NCBI GenBank assembly: GCA_963678065.2 | Contig: CAXXVZ010000005.1 | Location: 128,001 to 192,000, forward strand | Source: Treponemataceae bacterium | Lineage (GTDB): Bacteria; Spirochaetota; Spirochaetia; Treponematales; Rectinemataceae | Reading direction: 5' to 3' | DNA length: 64,000 nt | Shown here: one piece after another, positions 1-9,245 of the stretch | How positions within the stretch are numbered: position 1 is the first letter of the stretch | How the letters are laid out: each line of letters opens with the position of its first letter | The notes under the pieces: generated by a model | The model's database searches: none | Told to the model about the DNA's origin: nothing | Seen by the model: the letters and a program-made list of their open reading frames with translations, nothing else | Program-made: the position numbers and the translations under genes

Positions 1-496
1 GCTGTGAACTGACCGAGCCGGCCTGGATGCCGAGATTTGCGACGAGGCCCTTGCCGCCGAGGAGTTTCGCCATCTGGATGCCCGCGTCGTAGCCGCCCTG
101 ATAGTTGTCGCAGGTGATGGAGCCGTAGGGCGCGTCGGAATCAATGCCCGAATCTACCATCACGACAGGCACTTTGGCCTTTATCGCACTCTCCACGGAG
201 GGGATGAGGGCTTTCGAATCGAGGGCCGCGAGGAGGATGCCCGCAGGTTTCTTGGCAGTGATGTTGCGGACCAGGTCTACCTGGGTATTCATGTCAGCCT
301 CGTTCGACGGTCCCTGATAGTCGATCGTATAACCCAGTTCCTTTGCGCGGTCTTGGGCGCCTTTTACGAGGAAAAGGTAAAAGGTTGCCGATGTCGACTT
401 GGGAATGAAGACGATCGTCTTCGACTGGGCGAAGGCGGTGCCCCCGAGTACGAGAAAGATCAGGACTAGCGGAATCAGGACAGAACTTCTCTTCAT
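1..496 (-). CDS. Sugar ABC transporter substrate-binding protein (RbsB-like), 3' end runs off the window
   Basis: Not in the ORF track; manual translation from ATG at 496 (GGAGG RBS): MKRSSVLIPLVLIFLVLGGTAFAQSKTIVFIPKS...VPVVMVDSGID...ITCDNYQGG. Signal peptide plus periplasmic-binding-protein motifs; downstream of the permease. Confidence 0.9.
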   Translation of the reverse strand, partial: MKRSSVLIPLVLIFLVLGGTAFAQSKTIVFIPKSTSATFYLFLVKGAQDRAKELGYTIDYQGPSNEADMNTQVDLVRNITAKKPAGILLAALDSKALIPSVESAIKAKVPVVMVDSGIDSDAPYGSITCDNYQGGYDAGIQMAKLLGGKGLVANLGIQAGSVSSQ

Positions 497-546
497 GACG
501 ACCCTCCGGAAATTCGAGATCCCGATTCGACGAATCGGGTAGATGC

Positions 547-1533
547 TTATTTATGCCGGCGCAGCTGGTCCACAGCCACGGCGCTGATGATTATCATTCC
601 GTTGACGACGAGCTGCCAGAAAGCGTTGACGCCGATGATATTGAGGCCGTTCCGGATCGTAGTGACAATGACCGCGCCGATGAGGGTGGCGACGATGCTG
701 CCTTCCCCGCCGAAGGTGCTCGTGCCGCCGATAACCACCGCGCCGATCGCGAGGAGCTCGTAGCCGTTTCCTCCCGCGGGCTGCACGGTTCCGAGCCGGC
801 CCGCCTCGATGGTGGAGGCGATGCCGCAGAGGAGGCCGCTGATGGCGTATATACCGATAGTCACCTTGCCCACGGGAATGCCGGACAGGCGGGAAGCTTC
901 GGCGTTGCTGCCGATCGCCAGAGTGAAGCGACCGAATCGCGTGAAGGTAATCAGAAGATAAATGAGGACGAATACAACAAGCATGATTACCGTGGGCACC
1001 GGGATGAGATTGAAAAGCTTGCCCTGTCCGATCCACTGGTAGCCCTTGTCCAGGCCGAAAATCGGGATGCCGCGTGAAAAAATCAGCGCGAAGCCCCGTG
1101 CGATCCCCATGAGTCCGAGGGTTGCGATGAAGGGCGGAACCCTCAATTTCGTGATGATGAGACCGCTGATCAAGCCCATGAGGGCTCCGAAACAGAGCGT
1201 CGCGGCGAGGGAAAAAAAGAGGCTGTGGGTCCATTGGAACACGATCCCGCCCACAACGGCGGAGCAGGCGAAGACCGACCCAACGGAGAGATCGATCCCT
1301 CCCGAGAAGATGATGAGGGTTTCGCCCGCCGCGATGATGGCGATGACAGCCGTCTGCAGGGTGATCTCGAAGATGTTGCTGACCGTGAAGAAGTAGGGCG
1401 ACAGGAATGCGAGCACTATCCACATTGCCACCAGGATAAGGAACATCGAAAACGCCTGGTTCTTGAGGGATCTGGCGATGAAGCGCGGTGCGAGCGTTCT
1501 TCCCTCTCGCGTGGGCTCTGTGATTGTACTCAT
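547..1533 (-). CDS. Sugar ABC transporter permease (RbsC-like)
   Basis: GGIDLSVGS, VPPFIATLG and IGAVVIGGTS..GG.G motifs; multiple TM helices. Confidence 0.93.
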   Translation of the reverse strand: MSTITEPTREGRTLAPRFIARSLKNQAFSMFLILVAMWIVLAFLSPYFFTVSNIFEITLQTAVIAIIAAGETLIIFSGGIDLSVGSVFACSAVVGGIVFQWTHSLFFSLAATLCFGALMGLISGLIITKLRVPPFIATLGLMGIARGFALIFSRGIPIFGLDKGYQWIGQGKLFNLIPVPTVIMLVVFVLIYLLITFTRFGRFTLAIGSNAEASRLSGIPVGKVTIGIYAISGLLCGIASTIEAGRLGTVQPAGGNGYELLAIGAVVIGGTSTFGGEGSIVATLIGAVIVTTIRNGLNIIGVNAFWQLVVNGMIIISAVAVDQLRRHK

Positions 1534-3035
1534 GCGATATCCTTTTGTTTGGCGCCGAGACTGTATTGCATGATCTCATGCTTGGAGCTCGTCCCGGGAT
1601 CGAGTTCGGCGACGATCCGCCCCCGCGACATCACGAGGGTCCTGCTCGAAATTTCCAGGATCTCGTCCATATCGCTCGAGATGAAGATCACCGAGCGGCC
1701 GGGCTTGCGGGCGAAGGCCCTGATGAGTTCGTAAATCTCGCTTCGCGCGCCGACGTCGATGCCGATGGTGGGTTCGTCGAGGATAAGAAGGCGACAGTCG
1801 GCCATGAGCCACTTGCCGAGGACGACTTTCTGTTTGTTGCCGCCGCTCAGGTACTTTACCTGCTGAGAGAGCCCGGGGGTCCTCACCGCTATGGCATCCA
1901 CAATGTTCTGGACGGAGCGGCGTTCGCCTGAATGACTGAATAAAAAGCTGCGGAGCCGCGAGAGAAAAGCGAGGGTCATGTTTTCCTTGACGCCCATATT
2001 GAGGCAGAGGCCGCACTCATCACGGTCCTCCGGCAAGTAGCCGATGCCGCGAAGCACAGCATCGCGGGGAGAAGTCACGACGATCGGCGAGCCCCCGAGA
2101 AGCAACCGACCCGAAACGAGACGGTCGATGCCGAAGATCGCCCGCGCGAGTTCGGTCTTGCCGGAGCCCACGAGGCCGGTGACGCCAAGGATTTCGTTCG
2201 CGCGCAACCGGAGACTGATCGGTTCCGGAAAATTCCGGTTCTGCAGCCTTTCGACCTCCAGAAAGTTTTCTCCCGCCTCAAGAAGAACCCGCTCGCCGCG
2301 GGAGGACATGGCCTTGCCGATCATGATGGCGATGAGCTCTTCGGTCCCTGTCGTCTTCGGATCGACCGTCGCGATGGTCGATCCATCCCGGAGTACGGTC
2401 ACCCTGTCGCCGATCCGCTTGATCTCCTCGAGCTTGTGGGAGATGTAGATTACGCCGATGCCGCGGGCCTTGATCCGCGCGATGGCCGAGAAGAGAATCT
2501 CGACCTCCTTCTCGCTCAGGGCGGCGGTCGGCTCATCCATGATGAGGATCTTCGCGTTTTTGGAGAGGGCGATGGCTATCTCGAGCATCTGTTTCTTGGA
2601 GACGCTCAAATCCTTCACGCGAGCGTGGAGATCGATGTCGAAATCGAGGGTGGCAAGAGTCTCTTTCGCGCGGCGGAACACGGTACCCCATCGGATCAGC
2701 GGGCCGCCTCCGGCAAAGCCGGGCAGCACGAGGTTCTCGGCGACACTCAAATGGGGAACCACGTGGAAGTTCTGATAGATCGTCACGATCCCCCATTCCT
2801 CGGCGAGGCTCGGTCCGAAACGAGAGGGTTCGACGCGGCGGCCGTCGATTTCGATGCTGCCCGAGTCGAATCCATAGGCGCCCGAGAGCACTTTGATCAG
2901 TGTGGACTTACCCGCTCCGTTCTCTCCGAGAAGGACGTGCACTTCGCCGCGATCGAGATCGAAATCGACGTCCTTGAGCGCCTTGACGCCGAAGAAAGTC
3001 TTGCTGATTCCCTTCATCACAAGCAACTTGGCCAT
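1530..3035 (-). CDS. Sugar ABC transporter ATP-binding protein (RbsA-like, two ABC domains)
   Basis: GENGAGKST, LSGGNKQK and two DEPT motifs. Confidence 0.95.
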   Translation of the reverse strand: MAKLLVMKGISKTFFGVKALKDVDFDLDRGEVHVLLGENGAGKSTLIKVLSGAYGFDSGSIEIDGRRVEPSRFGPSLAEEWGIVTIYQNFHVVPHLSVAENLVLPGFAGGGPLIRWGTVFRRAKETLATLDFDIDLHARVKDLSVSKKQMLEIAIALSKNAKILIMDEPTAALSEKEVEILFSAIARIKARGIGVIYISHKLEEIKRIGDRVTVLRDGSTIATVDPKTTGTEELIAIMIGKAMSSRGERVLLEAGENFLEVERLQNRNFPEPISLRLRANEILGVTGLVGSGKTELARAIFGIDRLVSGRLLLGGSPIVVTSPRDAVLRGIGYLPEDRDECGLCLNMGVKENMTLAFLSRLRSFLFSHSGERRSVQNIVDAIAVRTPGLSQQVKYLSGGNKQKVVLGKWLMADCRLLILDEPTIGIDVGARSEIYELIRAFARKPGRSVIFISSDMDEILEISSRTLVMSRGRIVAELDPGTSSKHEIMQYSLGAKQKDIA

Positions 3036-3106
3036 GTTCCTGCCTCAGGCTTTTCTTCGGAGCCAACGGGTATTAACAAAGTTCCACAACGGTGCAGAGC
3101 AATTTC

Positions 3107-3141
3107 AAGAAAACGTTATCACGAGGAAATGAAGCTGTCAA
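3107..3141 (-). promoter_or_regulatory. Sigma70-type promoter of the sugar ABC operon overlapping a LacI-type operator
   Basis: Minus strand TTGACA (3141-3136), 17 nt, TAACGT with an extended TG; overlaps GTGATAACGTTTTCTT (3107-3122), a variant of the palindrome at 3249. Confidence 0.65.
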
Positions 3142-3217
3142 GTTTTATTTTTACGTTTATTTGATATTTTTATCTATATGCAATAAAACAACTTATAATA
3201 AATAGATGATTATTATT

Positions 3218-3264
3218 TTGACAGATGGCAAAAACAAGGCTATAGTTCGTGGTAACGTTACCAC
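3218..3264 (+). promoter_or_regulatory. Sigma70-type promoter plus palindromic LacI-family operator
   Basis: TTGACA (3218-3223), 17 nt, TATAGT (3241-3246), followed by the perfect palindrome GTGGTAACGTTACCAC (3249-3264) with the central CG typical of LacI/GalR sites. Confidence 0.8.
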
Positions 3265-3289
3265 AGATTCTTAACTGGGGAGGTCTTCA

Positions 3290-4501
3290 ATGAAGGCGAC
3301 CGTCATCGAAAATTCCTTTGAGCAGGGCGATGGTATCCTGCGTCTCGTTCCCACATGGGTGCCGAGAAGTTTCTGCATTCCGGGGAGGAGGATAAAGCTG
3401 CACCCTGACGACTACTACGCCCTCGGGTCCAAGCGGGGCGGGCTCGACGAGCGGTGGTTCGCATCGACGACACCCGCCGACAACGGGCCGCTTACAGGGA
3501 AAGACGAAGGTCTGAGTTTCGTCGTCGCCATGGATGGTGCCCATGAGGAGCGTTTCCTCCTGCGCGATGCGGTGGCCGCGCTCGGCGGAGGTCTCATCGG
3601 CGAGAGTCTCTGGGAAAAGTATGGCAAATGGCCGATGTTCTCAAAATTCTTCGACAACAGGGACCCGCTTCCCCACCATATCCACCACCGCGAGCGACAC
3701 GCAAAACTCGTAGGGGCCGCGGGAAAGCCGGAAGCGTATTTCTTCCCGACCCAGCTCAACAACCACGGAGGCACCTTCCCGTTCACCTTCTTCGGCCTCC
3801 GGCCCGGCACGACAAAGGACGAAGTTCGCCGGGCCCTCCGGAATTTCTGCAAAGGCGACAACAAGATCACCAATCTTTCAGTCGCCTACCGCCTGGAGCC
3901 GGGGACGGGCTGGGATGTGCCGCCGGGCCTGCTCCACGCGCCGGGCTCTCTGTGCACCTACGAGCCTCAAGCCGCGTCCGACGTCTTCGCCATGTACCAG
4001 TCTCTCGTCGCCGACGTGCCGATCGACGAGGAACTCCTCTGGAAAAACACTCCCAAAGAAAAGCTTGGAGACTACGATTACCTCCTCGATGTGATAGATT
4101 GGGAGGCCAATACCGACCCGGATTTCGCGGCCCACCATTTCATGGAACCCAAGGCCACCCGCCCCGCGGCTGAAATGGAAGCAGAGGGATACCGCGAGAA
4201 CTGGGTCTGCTGGCGCGATCCCGACATAAGCGCCAAGGAACTCACCATTCTGCCGGGAAGGACGGCGACTATCAGCGACCGGGGCGCCTATGGGATAATA
4301 GTCCTGCAGGGTCACGGCAGGCTTGGCGCCTGGGATGTCGAGAGCCCGGCCCTCATACGTTTCGGCGAGTTGACCAACGATGAATTCTTCATCAGCGAGG
4401 AGGCGGCTCGCAAAGGCGTCGTGATCTCGAATCCATCCGCCTGCGACCCCTTGGTCATGCTCAAGCACTTCGGGAAGGGCTGCGCGGAGATGAATGGCTA
4501 G
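3290..4501 (+). CDS. Cupin-fold putative sugar(-phosphate) isomerase, phosphomannose-isomerase-like
   Basis: SKFFD..PLPHHIH...GKPEAY...PPGLLHAPG...EPQAASD resembles the class I PMI metal-binding pattern; sugar-uptake context. Confidence 0.6.
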   Translation: MKATVIENSFEQGDGILRLVPTWVPRSFCIPGRRIKLHPDDYYALGSKRGGLDERWFASTTPADNGPLTGKDEGLSFVVAMDGAHEERFLLRDAVAALGGGLIGESLWEKYGKWPMFSKFFDNRDPLPHHIHHRERHAKLVGAAGKPEAYFFPTQLNNHGGTFPFTFFGLRPGTTKDEVRRALRNFCKGDNKITNLSVAYRLEPGTGWDVPPGLLHAPGSLCTYEPQAASDVFAMYQSLVADVPIDEELLWKNTPKEKLGDYDYLLDVIDWEANTDPDFAAHHFMEPKATRPAAEMEAEGYRENWVCWRDPDISAKELTILPGRTATISDRGAYGIIVLQGHGRLGAWDVESPALIRFGELTNDEFFISEEAARKGVVISNPSACDPLVMLKHFGKGCAEMNG

Positions 4502-4531
4502 GAAGTCGGGAACACTGTGCGAGGAGGCATG

Positions 4532-5539
4532 ATGGCGTCGATCAGGGATGTGGCCAGGCTGGCGGGGGTTTCGGTTTCAACCGTCTCGAGGGTCCTGAGC
4601 GGATCCCCGAAAGTAGACGCAGAAACCCGCCGTCGGGTCGAGCAGGCCATCGGGACCATCGGCTACAGGCCAAATCTCCTCGCCCAGGGCCTGCGCTCCA
4701 AGAGCGGGAACCTCATCGGTCTCGTGGTGCCCGAGATCCGCCACGAGACCTTTGCGAGCTTCATCGAGTACATCGAGGAAGAGGTTGCGGCCAGGGGCTA
4801 CAATCTCGTGACCGGAAACACCCACGGCCGGCCGGAGGTCGAGGGTGCCTTCATAGACAGCCTCCTGCGCCGGCACGTGGATGGCATCATCTTTTCACGG
4901 GTTTCCGACAGGAGCCAGGTTCTCAGTATCATGGCGAAGAGCAATATCCCCGCGGTCATCATCGACAGGAGCCTCGACCGCGAGGACATCCCCACGATCA
5001 TCATGGACAACTACCGCGCGGGAGTCATGGCCGCCGAACACCTCGCCGACCTGGGACACCGCCGCTTCGCGGTGATCACCGGCCCCCAGGACATAGCGCT
5101 CTGCCGCGAACGGCTCAAGGGATTCGCCGAATTCCTCGAGCGGCGCGGGCTCACTCTGCTGCGCCGCAATATCCGCGAAGGAGACTTCAAGTTTGAGTCA
5201 GGGATCGAGGCCGGGCGCAGCTTCCTGGAACGGGGAATCGAGTTCACCGCACTCTGGGCTGAAAATGACCTCATGGCTGTGGGCGCGATGAACGCCCTCA
5301 TAAGGGGCGGCAAGCGCGTCCCTGAGGAGATATCGGTAGTGGGTATGGACGACTCGACGAGCTCGAAGATGATGATCCCCGCCCTCACCACCATACGCCA
5401 GCCCTTCGAGGCCATGTGCAAAAAGGCGGTCGAGCTGATCATCGCCATGAAGAACGGCGATCCGGGCGATGAGAGGCGATTTGTCTTGCCGCCCAGCATC
5501 ATCGTAAGAGAATCGACGTCGCGCTGCGCAGCATCATAA
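4532..5539 (+). CDS. LacI-family transcriptional regulator
   Basis: SIRDVARLAGVSVSTVSRVL HTH, YRPN..A..L hinge and sugar-binding domain; GGAGG RBS. Confidence 0.95.
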   Translation: MASIRDVARLAGVSVSTVSRVLSGSPKVDAETRRRVEQAIGTIGYRPNLLAQGLRSKSGNLIGLVVPEIRHETFASFIEYIEEEVAARGYNLVTGNTHGRPEVEGAFIDSLLRRHVDGIIFSRVSDRSQVLSIMAKSNIPAVIIDRSLDREDIPTIIMDNYRAGVMAAEHLADLGHRRFAVITGPQDIALCRERLKGFAEFLERRGLTLLRRNIREGDFKFESGIEAGRSFLERGIEFTALWAENDLMAVGAMNALIRGGKRVPEEISVVGMDDSTSSKMMIPALTTIRQPFEAMCKKAVELIIAMKNGDPGDERRFVLPPSIIVRESTSRCAAS

Positions 5540-5597
5540 AAATGATCGACCGGGATCGCTCGCCGCCTCACGGGAACGGCGTCGCGTTTATCCGGTA

Positions 5598-6308
5598 TCA
5601 GTGCCCCTCGCCCAGGTATGCCTTTCTGACCCTGTCGTCGGACAGGAGTTGCCGTCCCGGACCGTCGAACAGTATCCGGCCCGTCTCGAGGACATAGCCG
5701 TAATCGGCCACCTCGAGGGCGGCCTTGGCGTTCTGCTCGATGAGAAGAACCGTCGTTCCTTCCTTGTTGATTTCCCTGATGATGTCGAAGATCATCTTGA
5801 CGACGAGGGGGGCGAGTCCCAGCGAGGGCTCGTCCATCATGAGAAGCTTCGGGGCAGTCATCATGGCGCGGCCGACCGCGAGCATCTGCTGCTCGCCGCC
5901 CGAGAGAGTGCCGGCCTTCTGCTTCAGCCTCTCCCTCAGTCTCGGGAACAGGCCGAATACGCGTTCGCGGTCCCGGTTGATGGCGGTCCTGTCGTTCCTC
6001 GCGTAGGCGCCGAGGATGATATTCTCCTCGATGGTGAGGTTCGGGAAGACGTGTCGACCCTCCGGAACGAGGACGACGCCGCGCTCGACGATATCCTTCG
6101 TGGCCATTCCCGTGAGTGTTTCGCCGTTCCAGCTCACCGTGCCGCCTGAGGATTTCACGAGGCCTATGATCGAGCGGAGCGTCGTGCTCTTCCCCGCGCC
6201 GTTGGCGCCGATCAGCGTGACGACCTTGCCTTCCGGAACTTCGAGGCTGACACCCTGCAGGGCGTGAATTCCGCCGTAATGGACGGAGAGATTGTCGACT
6301 GCGAGCAT
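5598..6308 (-). CDS. livF: Branched-chain amino acid ABC transporter ATP-binding protein
   Basis: GANGAGKST, LSGGEQQMLA, DEPSLGLAP, AYLG end. Confidence 0.93.
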   Translation of the reverse strand: MLAVDNLSVHYGGIHALQGVSLEVPEGKVVTLIGANGAGKSTTLRSIIGLVKSSGGTVSWNGETLTGMATKDIVERGVVLVPEGRHVFPNLTIEENIILGAYARNDRTAINRDRERVFGLFPRLRERLKQKAGTLSGGEQQMLAVGRAMMTAPKLLMMDEPSLGLAPLVVKMIFDIIREINKEGTTVLLIEQNAKAALEVADYGYVLETGRILFDGPGRQLLSDDRVRKAYLGEGH

Positions 6309-7075
6309 CAGTCCACCCCCAGGTAGGCTTCTATCACTTTCTTGTCGCTGCGGATCGAGTCCGGATCTCCCTCGGCGATGGTGAGGCCGTAGTCGAGGAC
6401 GTACATGCGGTCGCAGACCCCCATGACGACCTGCATGTGGTGTTCGATGAGGAGGATGGTCAGGTCGAAGCTGTCGCGCACGTGGCGGATCAGATCCATG
6501 AGTTCGAGCGATTCCTGCGGATTCATGCCGGCGGCGGGCTCGTCAAGAAGGATCATCGAGGGTTTCGTCGCCAGCGCGCGGACGATCTCCAGGCGGCGCT
6601 GCGCCCCGTAGGGAAGGCTCGTCGCCCTCTCGCCCGCGAGTCCGGCGAGTCCGACCCGTCCGAGGAGGTCCATGGAGAAGCGGCGGGCTTCCTTCTCGCG
6701 TCTCAGGTATCCGGGAAGGTGGAGGGTCGCGCCGAAGATCCCCGTCCTTATGGAGAGATTGCAGGCGACCAGTACGTTCTCGAGGACACTCATGTCCTTG
6801 AAAAGCCTGATGTTCTGGAAGGTCCGCGCGACGCCTAGCCCGGTGATGGAGTGCGGCTTCATGCCCGTGATGTTTTTGCCTCTGTACTCGACCTTGCCGT
6901 CCGAAGGCCTGTACATCCCGGTGATGACATTGAAGGCCGTGGTCTTGCCGGCGCCGTTCGGGCCGATGAGGCCTATTATTTCATTCTTGCGGATCTCGAG
7001 GTTGAGGTCGTTCACGGCCGTCAGTCCGCCGAATTTCATGGTGACGCGGTCGGTTCTCAGCATGAGCTCAGGCAT
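6308..7075 (-). CDS. livG: Branched-chain amino acid ABC transporter ATP-binding protein
   Basis: GPNGAGKTT, LPYGAQRRLEI, DEPAAGMN; start re-called at MPELML overlapping the livM stop. Confidence 0.92.
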   Translation of the reverse strand: MPELMLRTDRVTMKFGGLTAVNDLNLEIRKNEIIGLIGPNGAGKTTAFNVITGMYRPSDGKVEYRGKNITGMKPHSITGLGVARTFQNIRLFKDMSVLENVLVACNLSIRTGIFGATLHLPGYLRREKEARRFSMDLLGRVGLAGLAGERATSLPYGAQRRLEIVRALATKPSMILLDEPAAGMNPQESLELMDLIRHVRDSFDLTILLIEHHMQVVMGVCDRMYVLDYGLTIAEGDPDSIRSDKKVIEAYLGVD

Positions 7076-8192
7076 GGCCGGCCCCCTTCCCTTTCGCACC
7101 GCCGGCGCCACCGATGCTGCGGGTACTACTGGTTCCGCCATTGCTGCCACTGCCGCCGGCGGGCGGACGTTTCCGGCGGAAATCCAGCATGTTCCAGGAG
7201 AACTCGCGTTTTCCCATGAGGCCGTGCTGCCTGAAAATGACGACGAGCATGAGGAGTATGGAGAAGACCACCATGCGCAGGCCCGGCAGCCCTTCCGTCT
7301 TCACGAAGATGAGGTTCATCGGCATGTCGAGGAAGCGCAGGGCCTCCATGAGGACGGTGATGACGATGGAGGCGATGACCGAACCCGTGATGGAGCCGAC
7401 CCCGCCGAGGACGACGATGAGGAGGATGTTGAAGGTCAGGGTGAAGGTGAACATCTTCGGGTCGATAGTCGTGATCATGTGGCCGAGAAGGGCGCCGCCG
7501 ACGCCGGCCCAGAAGCTCGAGACGACAAAACTCGTGACCTTGACCCTGAACACGTTGATGCCCATGGCCTCGGCGGCGATCTCGTCGTCGCGCACGGCCT
7601 TCATGGAGCGCCCGTAGCTCGAACGGATGAGGAATACCATGAAAAGAATCGCGCTCCCGGCCACAAGCCAGACTGTCCAGGTCGTGGCGAAGCGCGGCAG
7701 GCCTTTGAGCCCCTGCGCGCCGTTCGTCAGCGGCTGGAAATTGGTTATGAGGACACGGATGATTTCCGCGAAGCCGAGCGTCGCGATGGCGAGATAGTCG
7801 TCGCGAAGCCGGAGAACGGGAGCTCCGGTTATGAACCCGAAAAATGCGGCGACGAGGCCGGCGACGAGAAGCGCCGGGAGGAAGGGCAGTGTCAGGTTCT
7901 GCAGCCAGGGGACGATGGGCGTGAGGAAGAAATTCATCTCCTTGAGATCGGGCGGCATGGTGAGAAGGGCGCAGACGTAGGCGCCCACCGCCATGAAGCC
8001 GGCGTGCCCCAGCGAGAAGAGTCCCGTGAATCCGTTGAGGAGGTTGAGCGACAGCGAGAGGACGATGTAGATGGCGCAGAGGTTGAATACCCTGAGCGTG
8101 AAGGCGTCGAAGCCCTTGTCGGCATACAACAGGAAACCCGCGAAAAGAGCGACGGCGATCAGCGTGAAAACGTTGTTTCGTTTGATTTTCAT
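7068..8192 (-). CDS. livM: Branched-chain amino acid ABC transporter permease
   Basis: SLGHAGF..VGAY, LRLRDDYLAIATLGF, VVLGG.GS; start re-called at MKIKRNN. Confidence 0.92.
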   Translation of the reverse strand: MKIKRNNVFTLIAVALFAGFLLYADKGFDAFTLRVFNLCAIYIVLSLSLNLLNGFTGLFSLGHAGFMAVGAYVCALLTMPPDLKEMNFFLTPIVPWLQNLTLPFLPALLVAGLVAAFFGFITGAPVLRLRDDYLAIATLGFAEIIRVLITNFQPLTNGAQGLKGLPRFATTWTVWLVAGSAILFMVFLIRSSYGRSMKAVRDDEIAAEAMGINVFRVKVTSFVVSSFWAGVGGALLGHMITTIDPKMFTFTLTFNILLIVVLGGVGSITGSVIASIVITVLMEALRFLDMPMNLIFVKTEGLPGLRMVVFSILLMLVVIFRQHGLMGKREFSWNMLDFRRKRPPAGGSGSNGGTSSTRSIGGAGGAKGKGAGHA

Positions 8193-8196
8193 GGCC

Positions 8197-9090
8197 TCAC
8201 ACCTTTTCCGTCTGGCGCTTGCCGAGAAGTCCCGTCGGCTTGACGAGAAGGACAATGATGAGGAGGACGAAGGCGAAGGCATCGCGGTATCCGGAGAGCT
8301 CCGGCATGAAGGCGACGGTCAGAATTTCGATGCCGCCAAGAAGGAACCCTCCGAGGACGGCACCCTGGATGTTGCCGATGCCGCCGACGACTGCCGCGAT
8401 GAAGCACTTGAGGCCAGGCATGACGCCCATGAGAGGATTGAGCTGGGGATACTTGTAGGACCACATGATGCCGCCGAACGCGGCCAGGAGGGAGCCGATG
8501 CCGAAGGTGAAGGAGACGATCCTGTTGACATCGATGGCCATGAGGCGGGCGGCGTCCAGGTCGGTGGATACGGCGCGCATGGCCATGCCCGTCTTCGTGT
8601 GGTTCACGATCCACAGAAGGACGGCGAGGATGGCGAAGGTGAAGACAGGAATGACGAGGCTGACAACCACGACGGAGACCGATCCGAACTTGACGACGGC
8701 GCCGAGGAGCTCGGGTACATTGACTCCCTTCGGCCTTCCTCCGAAGAGGACGACACCCAAGTTCTCGATGAGGAAGGATGCGCCGATGGCGCTGATCATG
8801 ATCGAGATGCGCGGCGAATCGCGCAGAGGACGGTAGGCGACGCGCTCGAGTCCCACGCCGAACAGCGCCGTCACGACGATGGCGAGAATGAGGGCTCCCC
8901 ACCAGGGCAGGGCGAAGAGGCTGACGCCGTAGAATGCCACGTAGGCGCCGAGCATGAAGACATCGCCGTGCGCGAAATTGATCAGCCTCAGAATGCCGTA
9001 GACCATCGTGTAGCCGATGGCGATCAGGGCATAGAGACTGCCGAGGGACAAGGCGTTGGCCAGATGCTGGAGGAGCAGTGCCAGAGTCAT
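8197..9090 (-). CDS. livH: Branched-chain amino acid ABC transporter permease
   Basis: GSLYALIAIGYTMVYG..INFAHG, KPTGLLG. Confidence 0.93.
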   Translation of the reverse strand: MTLALLLQHLANALSLGSLYALIAIGYTMVYGILRLINFAHGDVFMLGAYVAFYGVSLFALPWWGALILAIVVTALFGVGLERVAYRPLRDSPRISIMISAIGASFLIENLGVVLFGGRPKGVNVPELLGAVVKFGSVSVVVVSLVIPVFTFAILAVLLWIVNHTKTGMAMRAVSTDLDAARLMAIDVNRIVSFTFGIGSLLAAFGGIMWSYKYPQLNPLMGVMPGLKCFIAAVVGGIGNIQGAVLGGFLLGGIEILTVAFMPELSGYRDAFAFVLLIIVLLVKPTGLLGKRQTEKV

Positions 9091-9197
9091 GCGACCTCAT
9101 TCGTGTACGAGATGGAAGGGAGTATCCGCTCCATCTCGCGCATCGTCCGGATGGAATCGGGGGACCGCGCCTGTCCTCCGCTCGGAAAGGAAATGCA

Positions 9198-9234
9198 GCG
9201 AGGGCGACCCGGGCAGGGGCCCGGGCCGCCCCGC
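9198..9234. other. GC-rich stem-loop between the liv binding-protein gene and livH
   Basis: GGGCGACCCGGGC-AGGG-GCCCGGGCCGCCC inverted repeat without a U-tract; likely an mRNA-stabilising or partial-termination hairpin. Confidence 0.5.
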
Positions 9235-9245
9235 GGAGTGAAGGA

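Noticed and set aside
521..539. Perfect inverted repeat CCCGATTCG-A-CGAATCGGG
   Set aside because: Ordinary intra-operon hairpin before a binding-protein gene; no U-tract and no second copy noticed.
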